Part shown: one piece after another, positions 29,560 to 38,727 of the stretch
Layout of the letters: each line of letters begins with the position of its first letter
How positions within the stretch are numbered: the stretch's first letter is position 1
NCBI GenBank assembly: GCA_964584335.1
Contig: CAZOZN010000001.1
Span: forward strand, 211,882 to 275,881
Reading direction: 5' to 3'
Length of the DNA stretch: 64,000 nucleotides
From: an uncultured archaeon
GTDB lineage: Archaea; Aenigmatarchaeota; Aenigmatarchaeia; PWEA01; JAGHBM01
Position numbers and translations under genes: made by a program
Notes under the pieces: model-generated
What the model saw: only the letters and a program-made list of their open reading frames with translations
Databases searched by the model: none
Told to the model about the DNA's origin: nothing

Positions 29560-29749
29560 TTTATTTCACCTGTTTTTTTTTGTTTTTTCTTTCTTTTAAA
29601 TGTTTTACAGTTTGTTAGCATTAAAAAATAAAAGTTAAAACCAAAAAAGCTCCTGCTAATGTAATGTATGTCCCCGAAAATTCGCTCCCAACAAGAAATC
29701 CTAATCCTATTCCACCTAATATTCTATAGGAATTTTTTTATCCATTTAA

Positions 29750-30064
29750 TCACTTTTTCTTTTTTCTCTTTCTTGGTTTCTTAATCTTAATTTTTTTGTT
29801 CTGCGGCCACTCGTTTCTGTGAGACAAACCGGCAGCCATGTATACGACACCAAGCCCGGTTAGACCCATGAAACCGTAATTCTCTGTTGCTATGCCTATA
29901 ACTCCTAAAGGCATGAAGCACATTCCCATCACGAAGAGTGTGTAATAGTTAATTTCTTTTTTGGAGTTCTTTTTCTTTCCCATAGCTGATGATATGAAGA
30001 ATACAAGCGCAACAAAGGCTATTAGAATGCCGACAACAATAGCAGCCAGAGACATTTTAATCAA
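29750..30064 (-). CDS. Small membrane protein
   Basis: Three TM segments, basic tail. Confidence 0.55.
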   Translation of the reverse strand: MIKMSLAAIVVGILIAFVALVFFISSAMGKKKNSKKEINYYTLFVMGMCFMPLGVIGIATENYGFMGLTGLGVVYMAAGLSHRNEWPQNKKIKIKKPRKRKKKK

Positions 30065-30121
30065 GATTAATAGGCAGCTGTGACTTAAATAATTTTTAAA
30101 TCATTGTGACATAAAATAAAC

Positions 30122-30562
30122 ATGAACAAGATACTGCTTTTGGTTTTTGTTTTTGTACTGTCTTATCAGATTATTGTTATAGAAAACCTTGACGAATCTC
30201 AAATAGAGGAAAAAGTATTTGAGCTTGTTAACAAGGAAAGAGAGGGTGTTGGTTTGGGTGTTTTGGTAAGGGAGAACGGCATGGACGAAGTTGCAAAAAA
30301 GCACAGTGTTAAGATGAGAGATGGTTATTTTTTTGGACATAGTGAAACTGAAAGGGGCGAGAATATTTACCATTCCCCCATTTTAGGTTCTACTCGTTGT
30401 GGTTTTACTTTGTCTAATGATGACATTGCAAGATGTATGGTAAATGGATGGGTTGAGAGCCCTGTTCATTATTCGAATATAGTAAGCTCTGAGTTCTCTT
30501 ATACAGGAGTCGGTGTTTCCTGCAACTTCATAGAGTGTTTTGGCACACAGAATTTTGGTTAG
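30122..30562 (+). CDS. CAP/SCP domain secreted protein
   Basis: LVNKER, A..HS..M...FFGH, GENI, W..SP.H..NI, GVG, TQNF. Confidence 0.9.
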   Translation: MNKILLLVFVFVLSYQIIVIENLDESQIEEKVFELVNKEREGVGLGVLVRENGMDEVAKKHSVKMRDGYFFGHSETERGENIYHSPILGSTRCGFTLSNDDIARCMVNGWVESPVHYSNIVSSEFSYTGVGVSCNFIECFGTQNFG

Positions 30563-30600
30563 AAGTTTATTTTATTAATTATTAAATCAAAATAATCCAC

Positions 30601-30951
30601 ATGGGAAGTACAATATCAGAGAAAAAAATAAAATATGAAAGATTTAGGCACCATGCGTGGGCAGGTTTGGGTTTTTTGTCAGTTTTCCTTTCGGTTAGGT
30701 ATTTTGTTTCTTTTCCCGATTCAATATTCTTGCCAATATTGTCTTTTATATTGGTCTATGTTGTTTTTTCCCTCTTACTTACTTACAGATACAGGAGCGA
30801 TTCCGGTGATATAAGTCCCCACCTGCACGAGATAAAGAAGAGCATGGAAAGCCACAACAAGGAAAAAAAGAAAGTTGCAAAATCAAAGTTAAAGTCAAAG
30901 AAAAAGAAGTCAAAATCAAAAGCTAAAAAGAAGAAGAAAACCAGTAAATAG
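30601..30951 (+). CDS. Small two-TM protein with Lys-rich tail
   Basis: Two hydrophobic helices. Confidence 0.55.
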   Translation: MGSTISEKKIKYERFRHHAWAGLGFLSVFLSVRYFVSFPDSIFLPILSFILVYVVFSLLLTYRYRSDSGDISPHLHEIKKSMESHNKEKKKVAKSKLKSKKKKSKSKAKKKKKTSK

Positions 30952-30989
30952 TTTTAATTATTTATAATATTCTCGGCCTAAAATGTGTT

Positions 30990-32153
30990 ATGGCGACATA
31001 TTCTAATTCAAAGATTTCAACTTTTTACCAGTGTCCGTATAAGTATAAACTCCAGTATATAGACAAGATAAAAGTCGACATACCCGATACAATAGAGACT
31101 TATATGGGAAGGTTGGTTCATGATGCTCTTGAAAAACTTTACAGGGATTTGAAACATAGCAAGCTCAGCTCCAAGGAAGAAATAATAAAGTATTTCGAGG
31201 ATGAATGGGATAAGAACTGGTGCGACAGGATTGTGGTAGTTAAGAAAGAGTATACTCCTGAGAACTACAAGGAGATGGGAAAGAATTTTATTTCTAATTA
31301 TTATGACCATTACAAGCCCTTTAACCATCTCAAGACACTCGGCCTGGAAACCCAGGATTTTCTTGATTTAGAGGATGGTAACAAGTATCATATAAGGATA
31401 GACCGTCTTGCTATGGATGAGAATGGAAATTATTATGTATGTGACTATAAGACAGGAGGCAGATTGCTTACCCAGTATCAGCTGAACAGGGACAAGCAGC
31501 TTGCCATGTACTCTCTTTGGGTAAGGAAAAACTATCCTGATGCAAAAGACGTAAAGCTTGTTTGGTATTTCTTGGCTTTTGACAAGAAAATGGAATCCAG
31601 CAGAACTGAATCACAGCTCAGTGAATTAAAGAAGGAAATAGAAAACATGATAAAACAAATTGAAAATACTGACAATTTCCCGACTAACAAGTCCGTGCTG
31701 TGTTCCTGGTGCAAGTACAGGCAGTTCTGTCCCCATTTCAAGCACGAATATGAGATTGAGAATAATAAAAAGAAATTCAAGGAAGATGATGGTGTTAAGC
31801 TTGTTGATAAATATTCGGAGCTTTCCGAAAAAGAGAAAAAGATAAAAAGTGAAAAAGAAGAAATCAAGCAGAAAATTATTGATTTTTCCAAGCAAAAAAA
31901 CGTTTGCTCGTTGTGCGGCACCAACAATAAGGCCTCTGTAAGCTCTTACAGCACTCTAAGCTATCCAAAAACCAAGCATTTTGTAAATTTGCTAAAGGAG
32001 AAAGGTTTGTATGATGATGTCGTATCCATAAGCACTTCTAAGCTAAAAAAGAAGCTTGAGAATGGTGATGTGGATGTAGAGGTGCTTGTTAATTTAAAGG
32101 CGGAAAAGAAATGGCTTGTAAGGCTGAGCAAGAGAAAAAACGATAATAATTAA
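30990..32153 (+). CDS. Stand-alone Cas4/RecB-like PD-(D/E)XK nuclease
   Basis: S.S.I..F..CP, G..VH, IDR, DYKTG, QL..Y, C..C.....C; no CRISPR array nearby. Confidence 0.88.
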   Translation: MATYSNSKISTFYQCPYKYKLQYIDKIKVDIPDTIETYMGRLVHDALEKLYRDLKHSKLSSKEEIIKYFEDEWDKNWCDRIVVVKKEYTPENYKEMGKNFISNYYDHYKPFNHLKTLGLETQDFLDLEDGNKYHIRIDRLAMDENGNYYVCDYKTGGRLLTQYQLNRDKQLAMYSLWVRKNYPDAKDVKLVWYFLAFDKKMESSRTESQLSELKKEIENMIKQIENTDNFPTNKSVLCSWCKYRQFCPHFKHEYEIENNKKKFKEDDGVKLVDKYSELSEKEKKIKSEKEEIKQKIIDFSKQKNVCSLCGTNNKASVSSYSTLSYPKTKHFVNLLKEKGLYDDVVSISTSKLKKKLENGDVDVEVLVNLKAEKKWLVRLSKRKNDNN

Positions 32154-32166
32154 TAAAAAATAAAAA

Positions 32167-32234
32167 GTTGGGGTTGAAAACAACTCAGAACACCCCCATG
32201 TACTGAGAAAACGATGTGTTTCAACCCCCACCAA
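32167..32234 (-). ncRNA. Putative structured intergenic hairpin RNA
   Basis: Nested inverted repeats GGGGTTGAAA/TTTCAACCCC and CTCAG/CTGAG; TTTAAATA about 25 nt upstream and a T-run downstream on the minus strand. Confidence 0.45.
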
Positions 32235-32318
32235 TATTATATATTATATTTTTTGATATTTAAACTTTTCTGTTGTTATATTTTAAAATTTTTTAAGCAT
32301 TGTAAATAAACTTTACAT

Positions 32319-32648
32319 ATGACTGAATCTTCTGAAAATAGAAAAAAATGCAGTTTTTGCAAAAAACCATTCTCGGAAAGCATGCCTTTTAGGTGCAAGT
32401 ACTGCGAAAAAATGTTTTGTTCTGAGCACAGACTGCCCGAGAATCATGACTGCGAAGGTCTCAAAAGCTTAAAGAACAAGGTAGAAAGGGGAGATTTTGT
32501 AATGTTTCCAGAAAAAAAGGTTTCAAAGGAAATAAAAACGGATTTTTCATCCAAAGATAATTACGGTCCTTATTATCATTTTGGCTACGGAAGAATATTA
32601 AATAAAATAAAGAAATTTTTGAGAAAGCTAAAATTTTGGAGAAAATAA
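32319..32648 (+). CDS. AN1-type zinc finger protein
   Basis: CSFC...PFRCKYCEKMFCSEHRLPENHDC. Confidence 0.88.
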   Translation: MTESSENRKKCSFCKKPFSESMPFRCKYCEKMFCSEHRLPENHDCEGLKSLKNKVERGDFVMFPEKKVSKEIKTDFSSKDNYGPYYHFGYGRILNKIKKFLRKLKFWRK

Positions 32649-32689
32649 TAAGTCTAACTTTTTTAAATCAAAAACTTCAAAAAATAAAC

Positions 32690-32956
32690 ATGAAGAAGAT
32701 AATAGTTGTTTTTTTGATTGCTGTTGTTTTGTTTGTTAGCGGTTGCATATCAGAGATAAAGGCCATCGGGGCAGAGAGCTTCACTACGGGAAGAAAGTGT
32801 TCCGATATCGGGGAAACAGCTCTTTCAAAGAACCAATCAATGAAAGAAAATTTAGAGATATATTGTATGGAACTCTGCGGCATGAAAAACATGGATTATG
32901 CCACCTTTAAATGTGAAGCTGATATGCTTGTTTGTTACTGCCGCTTTACAAATTAA
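32690..32956 (+). CDS. Small Cys-rich lipoprotein with defensin-like cysteine spacing
   Basis: MKK-hydrophobic-VSGC lipobox; C-x21-C-x3-C-x11-C-x6-C-x-C. Confidence 0.7.
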   Translation: MKKIIVVFLIAVVLFVSGCISEIKAIGAESFTTGRKCSDIGETALSKNQSMKENLEIYCMELCGMKNMDYATFKCEADMLVCYCRFTN

Positions 32957-35900
32957 TCAGAATTCTATATAGAAACCGTCTTTTTGCTTTTTTACAATTC
33001 CTTCTACTGTTCCAGTTCCTTCTGGGACGTGTTTTTTGCTTAGCCCGAATATTTCGCCTGTAGAATCTCTTATTTCGTAGAGATTTTTCGTTTTACCCGG
33101 GTATTCGAAAGATATTATTTCGCCTGAAATAGAAACTTTTTTGCCTTTATATTTTCTGGGCTGCGAAAATATTTCTTCTATTCCCACTGGAACAGGCGGT
33201 TCGTCTTTTTTATTTGAATTTATCATATCCATTATCTTGTTTCTGTACATGAATCCTGCCCCACCCAATACTATGAGGATTATAAAGACAAAGATAATTG
33301 GTAAAATTGAACCGGAACCTTTTTTTGCCTCTAAACCACCACAGTCTGAAGGGCATGTCATGTTGTTTTCGTGTATTCCGCATATATTATCCCCACAAAT
33401 ATCAACGTTTTCTACATTTCCTGAATCAGCAGGTGGCGTTTCATTGTGGTATTCGGGGGGTATTACTTCGGGTATGGTTGTTGTGGTGTTAAAATACGGG
33501 CTTCCTGAACTCCCACCACCACCGCCTCCGGGTATTGTTGTTGTGGTTGTAGTTATCTCTGTTGACTCAAAAACGCCAAAAGTACTGAAATGTGTGACGT
33601 TAGCCCAGACAAAATTTTCTGAAAGATCTATGCCACCATCCTGCAATGACCAGTTTCCCTCTGATTCGTTGTAATAAAATACTCTCATCTTGTTTTCTTC
33701 TATTTGAGTTTCATCAATTTCATCGTTTGTGTAATGGAACCTGATTATGGCCCAGGACAATTCATTATTTATTCCAGATGATTTTATCTCAAGATATTTG
33801 TTCAGGTGAGTTGCGTTGTATCCGACTTCTTTAGGATTTTCCTCGTACATTGACATACCTATAAATGCATCCGAGACATCATCCAGCATTTCCAGTATTA
33901 AACTTATTTTAGAGGAAGTCCAGCTTATGGTATTTTCTCCATCATCAAGGGAAAGTGAAGTGTCAATAGTTATTCTTTCTGCTCCGTTTGTATTGTTCAG
34001 TTCTATGTCTTCAGATTTTTTTGTAAAGTTGTTGCCTGAAATATCAACAGCGGTTATATTAAAATAATAGTTCCATTGAGGCCTGTTTCCGATATCGAAT
34101 ATTAGAGACCAAAATTTATCGTCTTCTGTCAGGTTATCTTCCCTTATAACACCGTCTTCGTCACAGAATTCTGAATATATATAATCGATTTGGTGGTTGT
34201 CATAAGCTTTTACTATAACTGCCAAATCTTCGTTGGATTTGACTATGCTGGGTAATATTGTTATGTTTGTTATGTTGGGACTGGTTGTATCTATAACTGT
34301 CAGGAACCTTGTCATATTTGAGGAAGTGTAGTTTTGATTTTCGTTAAATACGGCGGTGTAATTATATATTCCAACTTCATGTGTCTCCTCATACGGGTTT
34401 TCCACTGAGCTACCGTTTAATAGAAGTTCGGCTTCCAGTGATGATACATTTATTCTTCCCTCCACTTCTGTTTCTTCTGAATAGTCTGCCGTAGAGTTTT
34501 CGTCCCATTCATTTCCATCAATGTAAAGCTTCACGTGGGTTGATGATTTGGTTATGTTTAATGTGCTGTTTTTTGATGATGAATTGTAAAATTCTTCCTC
34601 TGATATGTTGCATATTATACTGTATCCCGTTGGGTTTGCGGGAAGAATTATTTTATTGTTGTTGTAAGAGTTTTTTAGCTCCTCATCGATGTAAAGTCTT
34701 GTAGCACCTTCTCCGTGGCATGTGCATGATAAGTTTGTTACTGTTCCGTATATGAAAGACCATCCCGATGAAGATGTTAAGTTACAGTAAGACTTGCCTT
34801 TTTTTACAGTTAGCGTCTTGTTGTCCAGTAATTTTTGGTCAGTATAGTTAGTACAACCGCTCACGTTAAGCTTATAAACATAATTTCCGGGTATAGGCGT
34901 CCACAAATTCTGGGAGTATTCTGCGCCGTTTTTCCACATTTTGTATTCACAGTCGCTGTCTCCTGTATTGTTTTCAGAGTATGTCGAGAAAGTTTCCTCC
35001 GGGTAGTAAATTACACAGGGTGTGCCGTTTACTATCTCTCCTTGTAACAAACCCTTTCTTACTTCATATACTTCCTGAGAAGTTCTGTTAATGTTTCCGA
35101 AAGAGTCATTTGCATACCATCTGTAAATGTATTTTCCGGCTCCTAGGCCGTTCTGGTCATAGTAATATTCATCTCCATTTTTTGTATTTACCGTGTAATT
35201 TTCCATAATACCTGTAAAGTTGTTTTCAAGCAATACTGTACCAATCTCTCCTGATTCTACCCATGTAATGTTGAACTGATAATTTTGTGATGAGTTGAAG
35301 GAAGAGTTTGATTCTGGGTATTCTTTTTTGTCTGAATACAGAGGAGGTTTCGAATCATAGGAAAAATATATTGAATTGTTTGTTCCTACATCTCCACCCG
35401 AGTTGTTGCAAAGTACGTAAATCCTTTGCTCGCCCTCAGAGGGGTTATCTATATCATCGTACCATTCAGTACCTGACCCGTACATTGAATTTTCAAAACT
35501 AGCTTCATTTATGCTCCATCCGCACCAGTCTGCGACTTCACCTAGGCTTATGTTTATGTCTACGGGTTCCTCTGTATAGGTGCTCCCGTTTATTGGGTGC
35601 CTTACAGATACTTCGATTGGCCCGGAAATTATCAGGGCCCTGGCTGATGATGAGTTTTTTATCCCAAAATCTTCCTCCCAGCACTCTATTTTCCATTCAT
35701 GCACGCCGAATGTGATGTTGTAGCTCATTTCTCCTATTGTCCCATTTTCAACTTCAGTGGTGTTTTTTTTATCTCCGTTTATTATCAGGTCGCATGTGCT
35801 TGATGAAGATTCTTTGTTATATGAACTGAAGTTAAATTTTATTTTTGTGTTTTCCGTGCTTTCATAATCGTAAGGCTCAATTAAGTTTATTCTTGGTTTG

Positions 35901-37099
35901 AAATCCGGCTGACTTGTCTTGTTTACGTAGTATACCATATCTCCCAGATTGCAGTTGTCATTGAACCTTATCTTAAAGTAGCCGCTCTGTCCCCAGCTAG
36001 TGCCCCAGCTGTTTTTTAATAGCCAGTAGCTGGTCGAGTCGTCTCCAGTATCATTATATCCGACTAAAATCACCGCATGGTTTGAAGTACCTCCTGAACC
36101 GCAGTTAATAAATCCTTCGCCGTCTGTTGTCTGTTTCATGTATATTGCCACTGAAAGAGGTCCCTTATCTATTATCCATTGTTCAAGTTCTTCGTCTGTC
36201 AAATACGGTGTCGAATATTCTGAATAGTCAACACCTCTTATATTCCATGTTCTTTCTGAGTGGTCAGAGCATCTGTTTGAACAGCTTACTTCGCTTCCCG
36301 TGTAACTAAAACAGTCTTCATCTACTATTCCTGTCTCGTTTAAATACTGAAATGTCAAGTCTAGAAAACCACCGTTGCAACCACTCTGGCATCCATAAGA
36401 AGGCCACGTCCATCCAGGATAACATGAGTGGTCACATGAAACTGAATTTTGCTCCGATAAGTCGGGGTTTAGTCTCGATTCGTTTTCGTTTATTTCGTAC
36501 TTTGATTCTAATGTTCCCGCCGAAGAGAAAGCCCAGCACGAGCCGCATAAGCCTTGGTTTTTTATTTCAGTAACCCATCCATAATCACTGTCAAAGAACA
36601 TCGAACCGTTTTTTGCATATATTGTATTGTTGGGCGGGTTTCTCCAGTCCCAGAAAGAGAAGTCTGAGGAATTGTATTCAGACCCCAAACCGGTTACGAT
36701 ATTTTTTGTTTGTTTTTTTGGCATGCTCAGCTTGTTCTGATTAAAATCATTAAGTTTTTCCCCAAGGTTCATTAATTCAGCAGCCCGGATATTTTTCTTT
36801 GAAATTTTATTAGTTTTGTTGACACAAATTGCTCCTGATTCATTTTCAACAGTCTCATAACCGTTCAGAGAACAGTATGAATATTCCTTTCCGCATTTGC
36901 CCTTAAAGAAATTCCACTCTTCGCAAACTTCTCCCGGCATTAAGCAATATCCCCTTTCTCCCAGCTCGTTTTTTTCAATATTATAACCGTATCCCAGCTC
37001 TTTGCAGTATTCCGCGGACGGGTTTTTGAGCCCAAGTACCATAACCGGGGTTATCAAAAATATCAAAAGAATTTGTATTAGGAGAATCCTTTTTTTCAT
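32957..37099 (-). CDS. Membrane-anchored C1A (papain-like) cysteine peptidase with DUF333, Ig-like domains and C-terminal OB-like domain
   Basis: Signal peptide, NPSAEYC..LG (DUF333), NQGLCGSCWAF, LSEQ, NHAV.LVGY, KNSWG..WG..GY, VTHFSTF, TM near C-terminus. Confidence 0.88.
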   Translation of the reverse strand: MKKRILLIQILLIFLITPVMVLGLKNPSAEYCKELGYGYNIEKNELGERGYCLMPGEVCEEWNFFKGKCGKEYSYCSLNGYETVENESGAICVNKTNKISKKNIRAAELMNLGEKLNDFNQNKLSMPKKQTKNIVTGLGSEYNSSDFSFWDWRNPPNNTIYAKNGSMFFDSDYGWVTEIKNQGLCGSCWAFSSAGTLESKYEINENESRLNPDLSEQNSVSCDHSCYPGWTWPSYGCQSGCNGGFLDLTFQYLNETGIVDEDCFSYTGSEVSCSNRCSDHSERTWNIRGVDYSEYSTPYLTDEELEQWIIDKGPLSVAIYMKQTTDGEGFINCGSGGTSNHAVILVGYNDTGDDSTSYWLLKNSWGTSWGQSGYFKIRFNDNCNLGDMVYYVNKTSQPDFKPRINLIEPYDYESTENTKIKFNFSSYNKESSSSTCDLIINGDKKNTTEVENGTIGEMSYNITFGVHEWKIECWEEDFGIKNSSSARALIISGPIEVSVRHPINGSTYTEEPVDINISLGEVADWCGWSINEASFENSMYGSGTEWYDDIDNPSEGEQRIYVLCNNSGGDVGTNNSIYFSYDSKPPLYSDKKEYPESNSSFNSSQNYQFNITWVESGEIGTVLLENNFTGIMENYTVNTKNGDEYYYDQNGLGAGKYIYRWYANDSFGNINRTSQEVYEVRKGLLQGEIVNGTPCVIYYPEETFSTYSENNTGDSDCEYKMWKNGAEYSQNLWTPIPGNYVYKLNVSGCTNYTDQKLLDNKTLTVKKGKSYCNLTSSSGWSFIYGTVTNLSCTCHGEGATRLYIDEELKNSYNNNKIILPANPTGYSIICNISEEEFYNSSSKNSTLNITKSSTHVKLYIDGNEWDENSTADYSEETEVEGRINVSSLEAELLLNGSSVENPYEETHEVGIYNYTAVFNENQNYTSSNMTRFLTVIDTTSPNITNITILPSIVKSNEDLAVIVKAYDNHQIDYIYSEFCDEDGVIREDNLTEDDKFWSLIFDIGNRPQWNYYFNITAVDISGNNFTKKSEDIELNNTNGAERITIDTSLSLDDGENTISWTSSKISLILEMLDDVSDAFIGMSMYEENPKEVGYNATHLNKYLEIKSSGINNELSWAIIRFHYTNDEIDETQIEENKMRVFYYNESEGNWSLQDGGIDLSENFVWANVTHFSTFGVFESTEITTTTTTIPGGGGGGSSGSPYFNTTTTIPEVIPPEYHNETPPADSGNVENVDICGDNICGIHENNMTCPSDCGGLEAKKGSGSILPIIFVFIILIVLGGAGFMYRNKIMDMINSNKKDEPPVPVGIEEIFSQPRKYKGKKVSISGEIISFEYPGKTKNLYEIRDSTGEIFGLSKKHVPEGTGTVEGIVKKQKDGFYIEF

Positions 37100-37194
37100 T
37101 ATTAATATTTGAGATTGGTTTCTTTTAAATTTAAGATATTAATCATTGTTTTAATCTTCATAAACTTTTTATTCTTAGTTTTTTAATTTAAACC

Positions 37195-38097
37195 ATGGAA
37201 AATGAAAAAGAGGACAATATAATAACTTACGAGACTTTCAGAAAATTTCAGAAAAATGAAAGAGATAATGATAATTTGCAGGAGCTTCCTGAAGATTTTT
37301 TTCAGTCCTGTGCCGAGTGGATAAAGAGAAAGGGAGAGGCCTACAACAAAACCAAGGACACAATGATTTTGAAAGAGATAGAGAACGTGATGTCTATAAT
37401 AAAGGACATTCTTGACAGGAGAGAGAGAAAGCTTCTTTTGATGGCCATGCATGCTGTCAGAAGTGATGCGGTTCCTCAGAATTTGCATTCCCACGAGGAA
37501 AAACATTTTGACAATATAGTGAGTCACCTGAAAAACATGAGAGTGAATATACTGGGAATTATAAAGGGAGAAAAAGGCGAGACAAAGAAACTAGAGAAAG
37601 AATTAGAAAAAGAGATAAAAGAAGAGGAAGGGAAATTGCCGAATTCATTGAACATTCCTGGCAAGGAATTCAAGGTAAAGGGCTTGAAAGAGGAAATAAA
37701 AGAGGATGGCGAGAAGGAATGGGAACCCGAAGAACAGGAAAAGGAGGAAAAGCCGGTTGAAAGGGATGCTGTTAAGCCAGAAGAGAAGAAAGAAGAGAAA
37801 GCCCAAACGGAAGAAAATGAACCTGATAAAGAAACTAAAGAAGAGAATAAGATTGAAGAGGAGGAAGAAAAGATTGAGGAAAGGGAAAAGGAATTGTTTC
37901 CCGAGGATAAATTTGACAAGGTAAAGGAGCCGGAAGGATACAAACATGTTAGAGTTATAGAGGATGTTCCACAGTTTCTGGGTACTGATGGAAAAACATA
38001 CGGACCTCTAAAAAAGGATGATATAGTTACTGTAGAGGAAGAGGTTGCAAAACTTCTTGTCAATAAGGAAAAGGTTGAGATAATAAAGGATAATTAA
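37195..38097 (+). CDS. GINS subunit (Gins15/51-type) with long acidic linker
   Basis: ER....LQELP.DFF, RERKLL, C-terminal VPQFLG.DGK.YGP B-domain. Confidence 0.8.
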   Translation: MENEKEDNIITYETFRKFQKNERDNDNLQELPEDFFQSCAEWIKRKGEAYNKTKDTMILKEIENVMSIIKDILDRRERKLLLMAMHAVRSDAVPQNLHSHEEKHFDNIVSHLKNMRVNILGIIKGEKGETKKLEKELEKEIKEEEGKLPNSLNIPGKEFKVKGLKEEIKEDGEKEWEPEEQEKEEKPVERDAVKPEEKKEEKAQTEENEPDKETKEENKIEEEEEKIEEREKELFPEDKFDKVKEPEGYKHVRVIEDVPQFLGTDGKTYGPLKKDDIVTVEEEVAKLLVNKEKVEIIKDN

Positions 38098-38190
38098 CCT
38101 TCTTTGCTTGGATTAATATTTAAATACTTGCTTCTTATAAGATTCTAAGTAATTTAAAATTACTACCAGTTTGATAATTGGTGATAAGTA

Positions 38191-38481
38191 ATGAGAATGC
38201 CTCAAAAGATTATAAAATTTTGTCCGTTTTGCAACAAGCATACGGAGCATAAGGTTAGGCGTGAAAAGGTCGGGGCCAGAAACAGAAGGAAAATGGCTGT
38301 AGACCAGAGAAGGGTTGCCAGAAAGAAGAAAGGTTATGGTAGTTTTCCCAGGCCCAACCCCAAGGGAAGGGAAAAACCCACAAGAAAACTTGATTTGAGG
38401 TATATGTGCATGGAATGCAAGAAAGAGCATATAATTGGACAGGGTTTCCGTGCAAAGAGATTTGAGCTTGAAAAGAAATAG
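38191..38481 (+). CDS. rpl44e: Ribosomal protein L44e
   Basis: CPFCNKHTEH, GYG, KPTRK.DLRY.C.EC. Confidence 0.96.
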   Translation: MRMPQKIIKFCPFCNKHTEHKVRREKVGARNRRKMAVDQRRVARKKKGYGSFPRPNPKGREKPTRKLDLRYMCMECKKEHIIGQGFRAKRFELEKK

Positions 38482-38502
38482 GATTGAAGAGGTGTAGTAT
38501 AT

Positions 38503-38688
38503 ATGGCAGTTAAACTGGAACCAAGAAGTAAGTTTTTGAATGTAAAGTGTTCTAAATGCAACAATGAGCAGATAATATTTAATAAACCTTCTTCTGATAT
38601 TAAGTGTCTTGTTTGCGGAGAGCTTATCTGCAAATCTACCGGCGGATTAGGGAAAATAAAAACCAAGATACTTGAAAGGGTAGAGTAA
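38503..38688 (+). CDS. rps27e: Ribosomal protein S27e
   Basis: PRSKFL.VKC..C.NEQ.IF, C..CG..I...TGG. Confidence 0.96.
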   Translation: MAVKLEPRSKFLNVKCSKCNNEQIIFNKPSSDIKCLVCGELICKSTGGLGKIKTKILERVE

Positions 38689-38727
38689 TCTTTTATAATT
38701 AAGGATACAAAAGATTTAGTGTTATTT

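Noticed and set aside
30990-32300. CRISPR-Cas locus suggested by the Cas4-like gene and adjacent hairpin
   Set aside because: No repeat-spacer array or other cas genes; the hairpin is single-copy in the window
37524-38063. Antisense Ser/Phe-rich ORFs here and opposite other K/E-rich genes
   Set aside because: Shadow frames of purine-rich coding strands
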